IMG/VR virus record: IMGVR_UViG_3300033153_008341
Reading direction: 5' to 3' (one strand)
Length of the DNA: 64,000 nucleotides
Origin: a virus
The position numbers and the translations under genes were made by a program. Shown here in pieces: positions 38,008 to 47,274 of the stretch (within the stretch, counting starts at the first letter, position 1; each line of letters opens with the position of its first letter). Below the pieces are notes generated by a model. That model worked only from the letters and a program-made list of their open reading frames with translations, did not search any database and was not told the DNA's origin.

Positions 38008-41000
38008 CTATCTTCTCTGATACCTTAAAGGTTGAAATTCTTCCATTACTACTAACTTCAATTACACTTTGTGCCACATCTTTCAACTCTGTAATATGGG
38101 TGATGAACAATACCCTGTTAAAAATTTCACCCAAACGTTTGAAGATGTCTTTCACAACCACCTTGTTTTCATCATCTAAAGCTCCCATCCCTTCATCAAC
38201 AATAAACAACTCAACCATACTACCCATACGTAAAGACAGGAGGTGAGCCATGGCCGCGCGGAGAGCCAAGGAAACCAAGACTAACTCCGAACCAGATGCC
38301 TCCAAAACGTCGCGTTTTCCTTTAGCATCTGATATGTAGATACTAATTTCATCACGACTACCACCACTTGACAAGGTCTTGTATGAGTCAATGGAGATAG
38401 AGATCATACCATTTGTAGTCTCCGCTAGCAGATCTTGAGCAAACTTCTCAATGATTGGTAGAGCCTTATCAACAATCCCAAAGATCACACCAGTCTTACT
38501 CACTAAGTCTGTGTACTTGTTAGTGTATAATTGATAATCCTCTATTCGTTCTCTCCGTTCTTTCTCCTTTTCTACTTGTTCGCTTAGTGTCCTGATATCA
38601 GTAATACCCTGCTCACAACGATACACCTGGGTCTCATAGTTCTTAGTCTTTTTGTTGCACTCAGTTAAATCCAAACGAGTATCGGCCAGTTCTTTTTTAT
38701 GCCTATCAATCGTGGCTATCCTGGTTGCCAATTCAGATCGACGAACAACCATAGAATCCCTACGGTGGAAGAGATCATCCTTTTGTAAGCCGTATGCCAC
38801 CAGTAACTCCATTATGTTTTCTAGTATATTAACACCGGAGGACAATTTTTGTTCCATTTCTTTCCATTTATTTTGTGTTTCTTCCTTGTGTAAACCAACC
38901 CACTCCATGTGTTTTTGCTTATCATAGGGAGAAGACTCCAGAAGGGACTCTAAATGGATAATGCGGTCCTTAACATCCGACACTTTTAGAAGATGTTCTT
39001 TGATCTGGTTCTCTATTATCTCATTAGTTTCTTCAAGCTTAATCCGTACCTTGCTTTTTTGCTCTTGGATTCTGGCATTCAAGGGACAGTCAGCCTTGGA
39101 ACAATCCAGTAATTTCGCGTCCTCAATCTGACCAATCAAAGAGCCTCTGGCGGTTTCCATGGACTTCAAAACGTCTTTGTGTTCCGCCTCCAGTTTTTCT
39201 ATATCACGCTTAAACGCACTGATTTGATTACGTCTTTCATTATTCCGAACGATCTCCTCAGAGGCCTCAGCTAATTTTTCTTGGAACTTCTGCTGTCTCT
39301 GTAGACCTCTGGTAATAACAGACCTATCAGCTAAAATTCCCTCCATTCGTTCTTGTTCAATCCTTTTAAGTTTGATCTTATATCTAAGGCCTTCAGTCTC
39401 TTCTCTTATCTTACCCAACTTTACATCAAGCTCTTTGTATTCTTCCCCCATCTCTTCATAGCTGTGAATATTTTTGGACAACTCTTCGATGTGGGTTAAC
39501 AAACGTCCCTGTACCACCTTCTCGTTATACAGGAGCCTGTTAAACTCTTCCAGTAATTCATGTGGCTTACTATCAACTAGGTTGTTTAACTGCTCCGTGT
39601 AGGCTGTTAACCTACCTTGGGACTGTTGTAACTTATCACGAATTTCCTTCTTCAACAAGTTAACCTCTGAAACTCTCTTATCCAACACATCTATCTGAAG
39701 ACAGTCCAAGACGATCTTTCTCCTGTCAGCGGGTTTCTTTTCCACCAAGAGATCAATCTTGTTTTGCGGGGAATAGACAGTAGACACAAACACATCGAAA
39801 GTACCTACTAATTTTTCTATGTTAACTTGAGTGGTCTTAATATCAGCCCCACTTATATCAATCCAATTTTCTTCAATCATTTTGGATAACTTAAGTATAG
39901 TCCCAGTCTTTGCTCGAATTCGTTCAATCTTGTACGGACTATTATGGGAAGTGAAATGTAACTCAACACTACATTGAGTTTCTTCGTTTCGAATTACAGA
40001 CTTGACATCTTTGTTTCTTAAAGTAATACCAAATAATGCCCATACAATAGACTCAACCAAAGAACTCTTACCGGTTTTGTTGGGGCCAAATACACCAACT
40101 ACGGGACTAAGTTCGCCAAACACAAGTGTTGGTGTCTCTGGACCAAAACACTTAAAGTTAGAAACCTTAAGACTATCAGGCTTAAAATTGATCCCTTTAT
40201 CTTCCTCCACCAAGTGTTTCTTTTTAAGCCTAGCCTCAACAACTTCTGCAACTTTCTTAACTCCTGGGTTAAACTTGTGATCATCAATATACTTAAAGAT
40301 TAAGTCCTTAATAGTATGCTGCTGGAAATTTTCAAATGAGATAGTACCGGATTGTTTGATCTTTTTATACTGTGGAACAATCTTGATGTCCTTAGCATTT
40401 TTGAATTGTCCACTAACCTTAACATGGTTTACTTCACCCGTTTGTTTCTGCCCTACTTTATACTTTACTCTGACACGAACATCAGTATAATCATACGTGT
40501 TATTTATACGACGTAGCAATTCCCTAGTTAACTCCGTTTTGTACGTACTAATATCCCCAGCATCAACCGTTTGATAAGGATACAACTGTGGTAGTTCCAT
40601 GAATTTAGGCTTCAAATCCTCCCACAGCACCCACCCAGTATTACTAGAGTCAGCAAAGTTCAACGGGGCTGGGCACCCAGGATATACCGCAGTACACTTC
40701 AGTTCTTCTCCCTCTTCAATGCCCTGATACTTGTGCAAATGCCCTGCCATAACAGCATCAAACTGTGACCAGAAAACCTTAGACATAATTACATCTTTAC
40801 CAACACCTATAGCTTCTTCTGATGCTAAGTAACTGTCACTGATGTTAAAACCCTCAAGAGTCCCATGGTAAATTAAGACATTCTTCTTGCTGGGATCTAA
40901 AGTAAAAGCATTAAGCACTTTTTTGTTAAGGTGTAGCACACTAGCATCAGCAGCACCAACATTAACTAGCTCTTTCTTGGATGGGTACCCAAACATATGG

Positions 41001-41353
41001 AACCTGTAATTATCAATATCAACGTACTCCCCAATTGTGCCATAAACCTTCAGCAACGAGTCATTGGTAAAGACAGCAGAAAGGGAATCAACCTTGATCT
41101 CAGACATACTGGCGTCATGGTTCCCAGGAATTATGATTATGGAATACCCGTCAAGAGTTTCCTTGAAAAATTTACGTGTTAATTGCACCTGCTTCGGACT
41201 AAGTTTGTCGCGATGAACAAACATGTCACCGGCAAACACAATCAAGTCGGGATTTTGTTCCCTAACTTGTTTTCCTAACTGTCCAAGTATTTTTTCAAAC
41301 TCTTGTATCCGTGCGTCACTTATATGGATGTCAGCAAAATGTGCTACTTTCAT
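37994..41353 (-). CDS. fused SbcD-SbcC (Mre11-Rad50-like) nuclease-ATPase, single 1119-aa polypeptide
   Basis: N-terminal calcineurin-like phosphoesterase motifs DIHISD, AGDMFVH, GNHD. At about residue 410 the Rad50 Walker A FGPNKTGKSS. Long coiled-coil middle. C-terminal ABC signature LSSGGSRDEI and Walker B LFIVDEGMGALD. Confidence 0.85.
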   Translation of the reverse strand: MKVAHFADIHISDARIQEFEKILGQLGKQVREQNPDLIVFAGDMFVHRDKLSPKQVQLTRKFFKETLDGYSIIIIPGNHDASMSEIKVDSLSAVFTNDSLLKVYGTIGEYVDIDNYRFHMFGYPSKKELVNVGAADASVLHLNKKVLNAFTLDPSKKNVLIYHGTLEGFNISDSYLASEEAIGVGKDVIMSKVFWSQFDAVMAGHLHKYQGIEEGEELKCTAVYPGCPAPLNFADSSNTGWVLWEDLKPKFMELPQLYPYQTVDAGDISTYKTELTRELLRRINNTYDYTDVRVRVKYKVGQKQTGEVNHVKVSGQFKNAKDIKIVPQYKKIKQSGTISFENFQQHTIKDLIFKYIDDHKFNPGVKKVAEVVEARLKKKHLVEEDKGINFKPDSLKVSNFKCFGPETPTLVFGELSPVVGVFGPNKTGKSSLVESIVWALFGITLRNKDVKSVIRNEETQCSVELHFTSHNSPYKIERIRAKTGTILKLSKMIEENWIDISGADIKTTQVNIEKLVGTFDVFVSTVYSPQNKIDLLVEKKPADRRKIVLDCLQIDVLDKRVSEVNLLKKEIRDKLQQSQGRLTAYTEQLNNLVDSKPHELLEEFNRLLYNEKVVQGRLLTHIEELSKNIHSYEEMGEEYKELDVKLGKIREETEGLRYKIKLKRIEQERMEGILADRSVITRGLQRQQKFQEKLAEASEEIVRNNERRNQISAFKRDIEKLEAEHKDVLKSMETARGSLIGQIEDAKLLDCSKADCPLNARIQEQKSKVRIKLEETNEIIENQIKEHLLKVSDVKDRIIHLESLLESSPYDKQKHMEWVGLHKEETQNKWKEMEQKLSSGVNILENIMELLVAYGLQKDDLFHRRDSMVVRRSELATRIATIDRHKKELADTRLDLTECNKKTKNYETQVYRCEQGITDIRTLSEQVEKEKERRERIEDYQLYTNKYTDLVSKTGVIFGIVDKALPIIEKFAQDLLAETTNGMISISIDSYKTLSSGGSRDEISIYISDAKGKRDVLEASGSELVLVSLALRAAMAHLLSLRMGSMVELFIVDEGMGALDDENKVVVKDIFKRLGEIFNRVLFITHITELKDVAQSVIEVSSNGRISTFKVSEKIDGKE

Positions 41354-41880
41354 GAAGTGATTCCTAGGTAATTGATTTTCACATCAGTGGCAGTCAACGG
41401 CTTCATTCCACCTGATATATACATTGTGTCTGTTGTGTCTGTAGTGTCTGTATAGCCGATGGATGTTGTATAGGTTGGATATTGTTGGTTCTTTATATGA
41501 TTGGTAATCCAACCAAGCAACGGATTAACTTTTTGTGGTTGAATCAAACCCAAAAACATAATACCTAAGCTATTTTTATGCTTTAGTATCTTTGTCCACT
41601 CAACACAATTACCTTTAATCCAAACCCCAAACATATCATGTCTTATCAATTCTTGTTCTTCTGTGGGCATATTAAAACTTGGGTGATTGTTAGGCCAAGT
41701 TGCAAATGCTCCCCACCAAGTACCTACTGGATATGTAGCACCCACCACCGGACTCTTTGTTATAAGCTCTTTCCATGTGCCTTGTGTCATATAGGATTCA
41801 CCGTAAGGAAGTACAGTGTCCATTTGGGCCCACTTCACCGTTTGCCAATTTTTCCTGTATTCATTAGTAGACATCGTCAA
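41350..41880 (-). CDS. hypothetical protein (176 aa), Trp-rich
   Basis: ORF with an ATGA overlap to the downstream gene; no motif. Confidence 0.5.
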   Translation of the reverse strand: MTMSTNEYRKNWQTVKWAQMDTVLPYGESYMTQGTWKELITKSPVVGATYPVGTWWGAFATWPNNHPSFNMPTEEQELIRHDMFGVWIKGNCVEWTKILKHKNSLGIMFLGLIQPQKVNPLLGWITNHIKNQQYPTYTTSIGYTDTTDTTDTMYISGGMKPLTATDVKINYLGITS

Positions 41881-42505
41881 TTATCCTTCTTTTCAAGCAA
41901 GTTTTTGGGGTAAAGTACCAATCGTCCTTTGCCTTTTTCCTAAACTCATCAATTGTAATAGTTGTATTTGTCAATAAACTCTTCACTAGTCGCTCATAAT
42001 GTTCTGTAGTTACTCTTACATCTAGATTGTGCTGTTGCAATGACATAAACTCAGTTTCCCAATTAGGATAATGTAACATCAATGAACCATACTTAGACAT
42101 CTTTACATAGTCCCCCGCTAACGCAAGCAAACCAGCCCCAGAGTATGCGGCACCTACAATATCAACATGAATATCATTGATAGCCCTCTCGAATTCTGTA
42201 ATTATACATTGAGTGTCAAGTACATTACCACCTATGCTATTAATTTTCACATAGATAGGTTTATCCCTGACTTCATCCAACCCCACAATATGATCACTTA
42301 TCTCTTTTGATAGTTGTTCGTCAATAAACCCATAAACTATGATTGTTCTGGTGATTAAATTTATACGATTTGCACTCAACCTACCTTCAATATTAACAAG
42401 ATCAACAGATTCGGTGTCCCTATCATCCATTTCAATTTCCTCAGATCTTAGTTGTTGTTTTTTTCTCATGTGGAATACCCTCGACAAAACGTCCCACGTT
42501 GGCAT
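41864..42505 (-). CDS. ClpP-family serine protease
   Basis: Active-site Ser context GAAYSGAGLLALAGD (ClpP GxAAS-M-G) and His context SLMLHYP (ClpP iMIHQP). 213 aa. Confidence 0.7.
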   Translation of the reverse strand: MPTWDVLSRVFHMRKKQQLRSEEIEMDDRDTESVDLVNIEGRLSANRINLITRTIIVYGFIDEQLSKEISDHIVGLDEVRDKPIYVKINSIGGNVLDTQCIITEFERAINDIHVDIVGAAYSGAGLLALAGDYVKMSKYGSLMLHYPNWETEFMSLQQHNLDVRVTTEHYERLVKSLLTNTTITIDEFRKKAKDDWYFTPKTCLKRRIIDDVY

Positions 42506-43784
42506 GACTAACCAAATCTATAATCTGGTTGACTTGTCCATAACGATTCTTAGCGAGAACAATTTGTGTATGTTTTTTACTGAATTTTGCTTCCTCATTA
42601 AACTTATCAGGACAATGCAACATGAGAGTAACAGCGGAATCATGGCTAGTTGATTTACAATCTCTAAGATCGTTAACTGTTACTGGTAACCCACTCTTCC
42701 TTTCATCGGGGTTTGTGTTTACCTGCTGTAGAATTAGCACTGCAACATCTGATTTCTTAGCCATCGCCACCAATTTCTTTGAAGACATCCCGATTTCACG
42801 TTCTCGATTGCCTTCCCTCATTGATTTGTCAGTAATCAAATTGATATGATCAATAATAACCAACTTCAAACCAGGATATTTTAATTTAGCAAAGTGAGCC
42901 TTAGCTAAAATTTCGTTGATATCAAAAGTCTCATCTTCAATAAGTAACCTATCACCCTGCTTCAAATAAGTAAGAGCTTGCTTAGCCTTGTCCACCTCAG
43001 ATTCTTTCAAACTACCGGCCATCAAGCGCATAATTGGGACATTACTTCTTAGGGCAATGAACCTGTTTATGAGTTTCTTCTTGTCATCTTCCAACATAAA
43101 GTACAAAACTTGGGCGTCGGCCCCTATAACGGAGTTACTTATCTGAACGGCCATTTGAGTCTTACCGTCAGATGTCCCACCACCTAACACCCACGTATTC
43201 TTTAGTTGTAGTCCCAAGGTATGAAGATCCAAAGTCTTGTACCCTGTAGGTAAATCAATTACACCTTCTATACTTTTATACTTGTTATAGCGCTCAACCT
43301 TTTGTTTCAAGTCTTTAAGATATTCACCTTCAATACTACTCACAGTGTCTATATTTATGCCGTGGTTGATTGTGACCTGTAAAAGTTGAGCCTCCGCAAT
43401 ACGAACCAAGTCGTTACTCTTACTGTCCTGCATCACAGATTTGTGTTGTAGATATTCCCCTATCTGTTTAAGTTTATCCTTTCGGGATACCTCACACAAC
43501 TCTTCATAGATTAAATTTAGATCATCAGGGGCAGTTGTATCCTGCTCAATCAGCTCTATGATTTCTCTAACTAACTCATCATCTTTGAACTTAAACTTTA
43601 AATCTTGATACGTAGGACTTTTATTATCAATAAGATAGTCTACAATAACCAGATAGATTTCGTAGTATATCTTATCACTAAAATCATCTACAGATACCAT
43701 TTTGTCCAAAGACGTTAAAGCAGATAGATCATTCATAAAACTAGACAAAAATTGAATGTCTAACATTGATGTTGTATAAGCCAT
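42441..43784 (-). CDS. DnaB-family replicative DNA helicase
   Basis: Walker A VLGGGTSDGKTQMAVQ, Walker B LVIIDHINLI, and an N-terminal domain typical of DnaB. Confidence 0.85.
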   Translation of the reverse strand: MAYTTSMLDIQFLSSFMNDLSALTSLDKMVSVDDFSDKIYYEIYLVIVDYLIDNKSPTYQDLKFKFKDDELVREIIELIEQDTTAPDDLNLIYEELCEVSRKDKLKQIGEYLQHKSVMQDSKSNDLVRIAEAQLLQVTINHGINIDTVSSIEGEYLKDLKQKVERYNKYKSIEGVIDLPTGYKTLDLHTLGLQLKNTWVLGGGTSDGKTQMAVQISNSVIGADAQVLYFMLEDDKKKLINRFIALRSNVPIMRLMAGSLKESEVDKAKQALTYLKQGDRLLIEDETFDINEILAKAHFAKLKYPGLKLVIIDHINLITDKSMREGNREREIGMSSKKLVAMAKKSDVAVLILQQVNTNPDERKSGLPVTVNDLRDCKSTSHDSAVTLMLHCPDKFNEEAKFSKKHTQIVLAKNRYGQVNQIIDLVSHANVGRFVEGIPHEKKTTTKI

Positions 43785-45637
43785 TAAATTATCTCACAAG
43801 CGTCACCAACACATGCCGCGTTCTCTTGCCTCTTTGTGTAGTCACCGTCTTCTCTAACCTCTGATAGATCAACCGATTTTAACTTTCTAATCATCCTTTT
43901 ATAGGTTTCTTCATCAATTTGTTCATAAGGTGGTTGGATATAAGTATGGTCATCGTAAGGTAAAACTGCTAATGCTGTATAATTTTCCTTGTTCTCCCAC
44001 ATCCAATTACCAACTCTTTCCCACTCATTTGATTTGATTGTTACAGTGGTAGAAACATTGTTTGTGTTATGCCCTTTTACATGTCCACCCTTAACCCAAT
44101 TCCTGTATACTTTGACAACCCTAGTAAGTAATTGTAAAGCAGTCTCAGTTTTCATAACAGCATTTTCAGGTGCTTTTTGCGGAACACAAATTTTAGCCTG
44201 TATTGTGGGTTTGAAATAATCCTCTTCAATCAACTCTGGATGATGGGCTTGTAGGTATTTGTAGATGGCCTCAGTTTTATTCACAGTTATCCGTCTGATA
44301 TAATAAGGATAATGCCACGCATGTATACCACTTGAACAACCCAAAACCAAAGACGCTGTACCACTAGGTTTAACTGTTGTGCATCTTGAAGCCCAACGAA
44401 CCCCTATGAGATCAGCCACCCGTTTATTTTCTTCTATTACAATCTTAGCGGCTTCCTTCATATCTAACTCCACAACAATACCAGACGCTATACCCGTAAT
44501 CCCTACCCCAATGAGTGCGTCTCTCTCCGTAACCTCTTTCCAAACCTCTCGTAGATAATGAAAGCTAGTGTAAGCGGCCTGTAGTGTTCCGATAAAGGCG
44601 GCGGCTTTAGCTCTTGCGTTAAAGTCTTCTTGTGATACTATGTTACTACCATTGATCTCGGTAAGATTACAGAACTGATGTGGCTTCAATGATATTTCAG
44701 CACACGGATTCGTCCCTACCTCTTGATCATTGGTAAAGAAGATTCCAGGTTCACCACTCCGGCTGTTCTGTATCTTTTCCCAAAGCTTTCTGAATGATTC
44801 TTCTTGAATTTTGTGACGTAAAATAACAACAGAGTTATTTGCTAACGCCCTTTGTGGGTTCTTCTCATACCAATTCCCAAATTTACATGTTAACATCTCA
44901 TGATCACGGAAAGAGAATAAAGAGATAAAGCTTGAACGGCGAATACCACCCGACAAAACCGCATCAGCCAAATAACAATTTATATCATGAACCTCAATAG
45001 GCCTGAGTTGATCTCCTGATACCTTTCGATCAAGGGCACGTTTAATCTGGTGAAGACAATGAACTAACGGCTCTGGACCTGGGGCTACACCACCAGATGT
45101 TTTTAATGGGGAACCTTTTGGACGAATATCAGAGAAGTCAAAATCTGGTACTGACTTGCGTGGTCCCATATATGACTCAATCAACACCCGAACAGCATCA
45201 GCCCAACCTTCTATGGAATCTGCAACCAAATAACGCCTAGACTTTTGGGGCTTTATAATCTCCGGTAACTTTTCTACGTGGTGTAGTTGAACCGAATACC
45301 CCACCCCTGTGCCACTAAGAAGCAAGAACATGATCTCACTAAACGCATCAATATGATCCATGTGGATAAACGAACAATTGTATCCCCTGACTGGGTTTAA
45401 TTCAATAGCCTTGCCAGCAAACTGCATACTCCTCATTGAAGGTAAGAGTTTCTTATCATACACAAATTTATAGACTTCCTCAATTTCCTCCTTAAGTGTT
45501 GGAAACCTTTTGATGTGCATGTTTTTATTTCTAGTTACTAATTCTTCCCATGTTTCTCTTCGACCTAACTTCTTGTCATATTTTGAATACTTCATGAAGA
45601 CAGTTATATCGCTCAAAATTTGTATACTTCTATCCAT
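43784..45637 (-). CDS. nrdJ: ribonucleotide reductase, class II (adenosylcobalamin-dependent, NrdJ-like)
   Basis: Active-site motif TNPCAEISL (NPCGEI), a C-terminal Cys pair CVGDAC, and 617 aa. No adjacent small-subunit (NrdB) or NrdD/NrdG-type gene. Confidence 0.75.
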   Translation of the reverse strand: MDRSIQILSDITVFMKYSKYDKKLGRRETWEELVTRNKNMHIKRFPTLKEEIEEVYKFVYDKKLLPSMRSMQFAGKAIELNPVRGYNCSFIHMDHIDAFSEIMFLLLSGTGVGYSVQLHHVEKLPEIIKPQKSRRYLVADSIEGWADAVRVLIESYMGPRKSVPDFDFSDIRPKGSPLKTSGGVAPGPEPLVHCLHQIKRALDRKVSGDQLRPIEVHDINCYLADAVLSGGIRRSSFISLFSFRDHEMLTCKFGNWYEKNPQRALANNSVVILRHKIQEESFRKLWEKIQNSRSGEPGIFFTNDQEVGTNPCAEISLKPHQFCNLTEINGSNIVSQEDFNARAKAAAFIGTLQAAYTSFHYLREVWKEVTERDALIGVGITGIASGIVVELDMKEAAKIVIEENKRVADLIGVRWASRCTTVKPSGTASLVLGCSSGIHAWHYPYYIRRITVNKTEAIYKYLQAHHPELIEEDYFKPTIQAKICVPQKAPENAVMKTETALQLLTRVVKVYRNWVKGGHVKGHNTNNVSTTVTIKSNEWERVGNWMWENKENYTALAVLPYDDHTYIQPPYEQIDEETYKRMIRKLKSVDLSEVREDGDYTKRQENAACVGDACEII

Positions 45638-45646
45638 CGCTCTCCT

Positions 45647-45913
45647 TTACAGACTGAACTCGGTGTCATCTATTATACTGTTCTTGTCATGGATAAAATC
45701 TTCATCCGTAGCCGTATTTCTACACATCGCAAATAAATAATGAGATTTAGCAACCGGCTTCATCTTGTCTAATTTGTGCACAGGAAAACTGTGAACACAT
45801 TTTGTAACATGTTCATAAGTAAAAATTCTACACATCTTACCTACAACAGCGTAATCCACCTTACCCATTACCTTGTCAATAAGGTCGGTTAGTTTTCGAT
45901 ATTGCTTGTTCAT
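45647..45913 (-). CDS. hypothetical protein (88 aa)
   Basis: ORF immediately upstream of RNR on the minus strand. Confidence 0.45.
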   Translation of the reverse strand: MNKQYRKLTDLIDKVMGKVDYAVVGKMCRIFTYEHVTKCVHSFPVHKLDKMKPVAKSHYLFAMCRNTATDEDFIHDKNSIIDDTEFSL

Positions 45914-45928
45914 GTTACCTCTATATTT

Positions 45929-46005
45929 TGGTGGACGTGGGGGGAATCGAACCCCCGTCGAGCAATTCAGCCGAAACCAAATTACCCCGAAACCCTGACA
46001 CGCCC
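45929..46005 (-). tRNA. tRNA-like element with non-canonical internal arms (degenerate tRNA or attP-type tRNA segment)
   Basis: Minus-strand sequence GGGCGTGTCAGGGTTTCGGGGTAATTTGGTTTCGGCTGAATTGCTCGACGGGGGTTCGATTCCCCCCACGTCCACCA (77 nt). Perfect T-arm GGGGG-TTCGATT-CCCCC. 7-bp acceptor stem GGGCGTG/CACGTCC (one G-U). Discriminator A and encoded CCA. D and anticodon arms do not fold canonically; the best fold is a 4-bp stem with a 9-nt loop. Confidence 0.45.
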
Positions 46006-46008
46006 ATA

Positions 46009-46557
46009 TTAATCAAAATCATAGACATAATCATCCATAATAGTTTTAACCTCAACCCCGTGCTTACGTTTGAAATCTCTTCGACCTTTTCTGGCTAATG
46101 CCCTGTCAATAAACCAAACACCATTCAAATGATCGTACTCGTGCAAAGCTACGGCCGCTGATTGTGAGTTAAAAGTTCTCTTAATCTCCTTACCATCCTC
46201 ACCCAGCATCAACATAGTAACAGAAGAGGGTCTGAGAACATAATAAAAAACCCCAGGAATGGATAGGCAACCCTCATATGAGGACTGTACTGGACCTTGA
46301 AAAATGCTTTCAATTATGGGGTTTATAACCACCGTCGGCCCGTCTTTTTCATCCATTGCTGGGTACTGGTTGAACACAAATATACGTGAAGGAATACCTA
46401 TCTGTATAGCTGACAGACCTGCTCCATACGGCCCCAAGTCTCCTAGCGTGTCTTTCAAGTCCTGAACAATACTTTTAACTCCTGCGTCAATCTTATACAC
46501 AGGCCCTGAAACTTCTCGGAGAATTTCGTCTTTGATTGTACAAATTTGCCTAACCAT
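46009..46557 (-). CDS. def: peptide deformylase
   Basis: Motifs GAGLSAIQIG (GxGxAAxQ), EGCLSIPG (EGCLS) and HEYDHLNG (HExxH). Confidence 0.9.
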   Translation of the reverse strand: MVRQICTIKDEILREVSGPVYKIDAGVKSIVQDLKDTLGDLGPYGAGLSAIQIGIPSRIFVFNQYPAMDEKDGPTVVINPIIESIFQGPVQSSYEGCLSIPGVFYYVLRPSSVTMLMLGEDGKEIKRTFNSQSAAVALHEYDHLNGVWFIDRALARKGRRDFKRKHGVEVKTIMDDYVYDFD

Positions 46558-47143
46558 TTTTCTGCTTCTCCAAGAACTCCTTGAACTTAAGAACTAGATC
46601 ATGGTCTTTATAAGGTGTAGTATGGATAGGAAACCTACCATCACCTGTGTAAGTCAAAGCTTTACGAATTGACGTTGCTACCGGAACATCTACTGATTCC
46701 CCATCTTTGATCTCTGCTGTTCCTTCCCATGTAGAAGCGGAGCTTCCGTCAGTCCATTTACCTGTGGTAATACTAGCCTTTGCCAACAACCTGTTACCAA
46801 CTTGGATAACTTCAGTAGTAATACTAAAGTCGGGGTGTTTATCAGCAAAGATAGCTATGTGTCCATCAATTCCTAAATATGGGACTATGGACTTATAATA
46901 TACCGACCACTTTCCTTTGTTATCCCATTGACCTATTTTATCCCAACCAAATTCTTTCTGGAGGGCTTTCATAGTATCAGGGTCTGCTTGTTCCCACCAG
47001 ACCTTTGTCGTTTGTTGAACTGTCTGCAAATAACCATGGTACTTTTCGTCGAGCTCAGAATAGGCTACAGCGAATCGCCGTAATTCCTCTTTTTGTAGCC
47101 CCGAAACGGCCTCCTTGATTTTTGCTATTTTCCAATCTTCCAT
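46550..47143 (-). CDS. hypothetical protein (197 aa), first gene of the minus-strand replication block
   Basis: ORF overlapping pdf by 8 nt; no motif. Confidence 0.55.
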   Translation of the reverse strand: MEDWKIAKIKEAVSGLQKEELRRFAVAYSELDEKYHGYLQTVQQTTKVWWEQADPDTMKALQKEFGWDKIGQWDNKGKWSVYYKSIVPYLGIDGHIAIFADKHPDFSITTEVIQVGNRLLAKASITTGKWTDGSSASTWEGTAEIKDGESVDVPVATSIRKALTYTGDGRFPIHTTPYKDHDLVLKFKEFLEKQKNG

Positions 47144-47194
47144 GCTAACTCCTTGTTACGTGCTGAGGTACGTATATATAACGCATTTCAGCCA

Positions 47195-47223
47195 AAAAAG
47201 TTCTTAAAAAATCAGAACTTTTT
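47195..47223. promoter_or_regulatory. 10-bp perfect inverted repeat in the divergent promoter region (candidate operator)
   Basis: AAAAAGTTCT-taaaaaatc-AGAACTTTTT lies between the start of minus-strand gene 46550..47143 and the plus-strand recombinase start at 47275. Confidence 0.4.
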
Positions 47224-47274
47224 CACTTTTTTGGTGTTTATGATAATAGTAGTTATCAAACCAGAGGAGTAGAG

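Noticed and set aside
45929-46300. tmRNA (ssrA), suggested by the tRNA-like 3' end
   Set aside because: A tmRNA would need about 350 nt upstream on the minus strand. That space is occupied by the well-supported peptide deformylase CDS (46009..46557), and no matching 5' acceptor half or tag-peptide reading frame is apparent.
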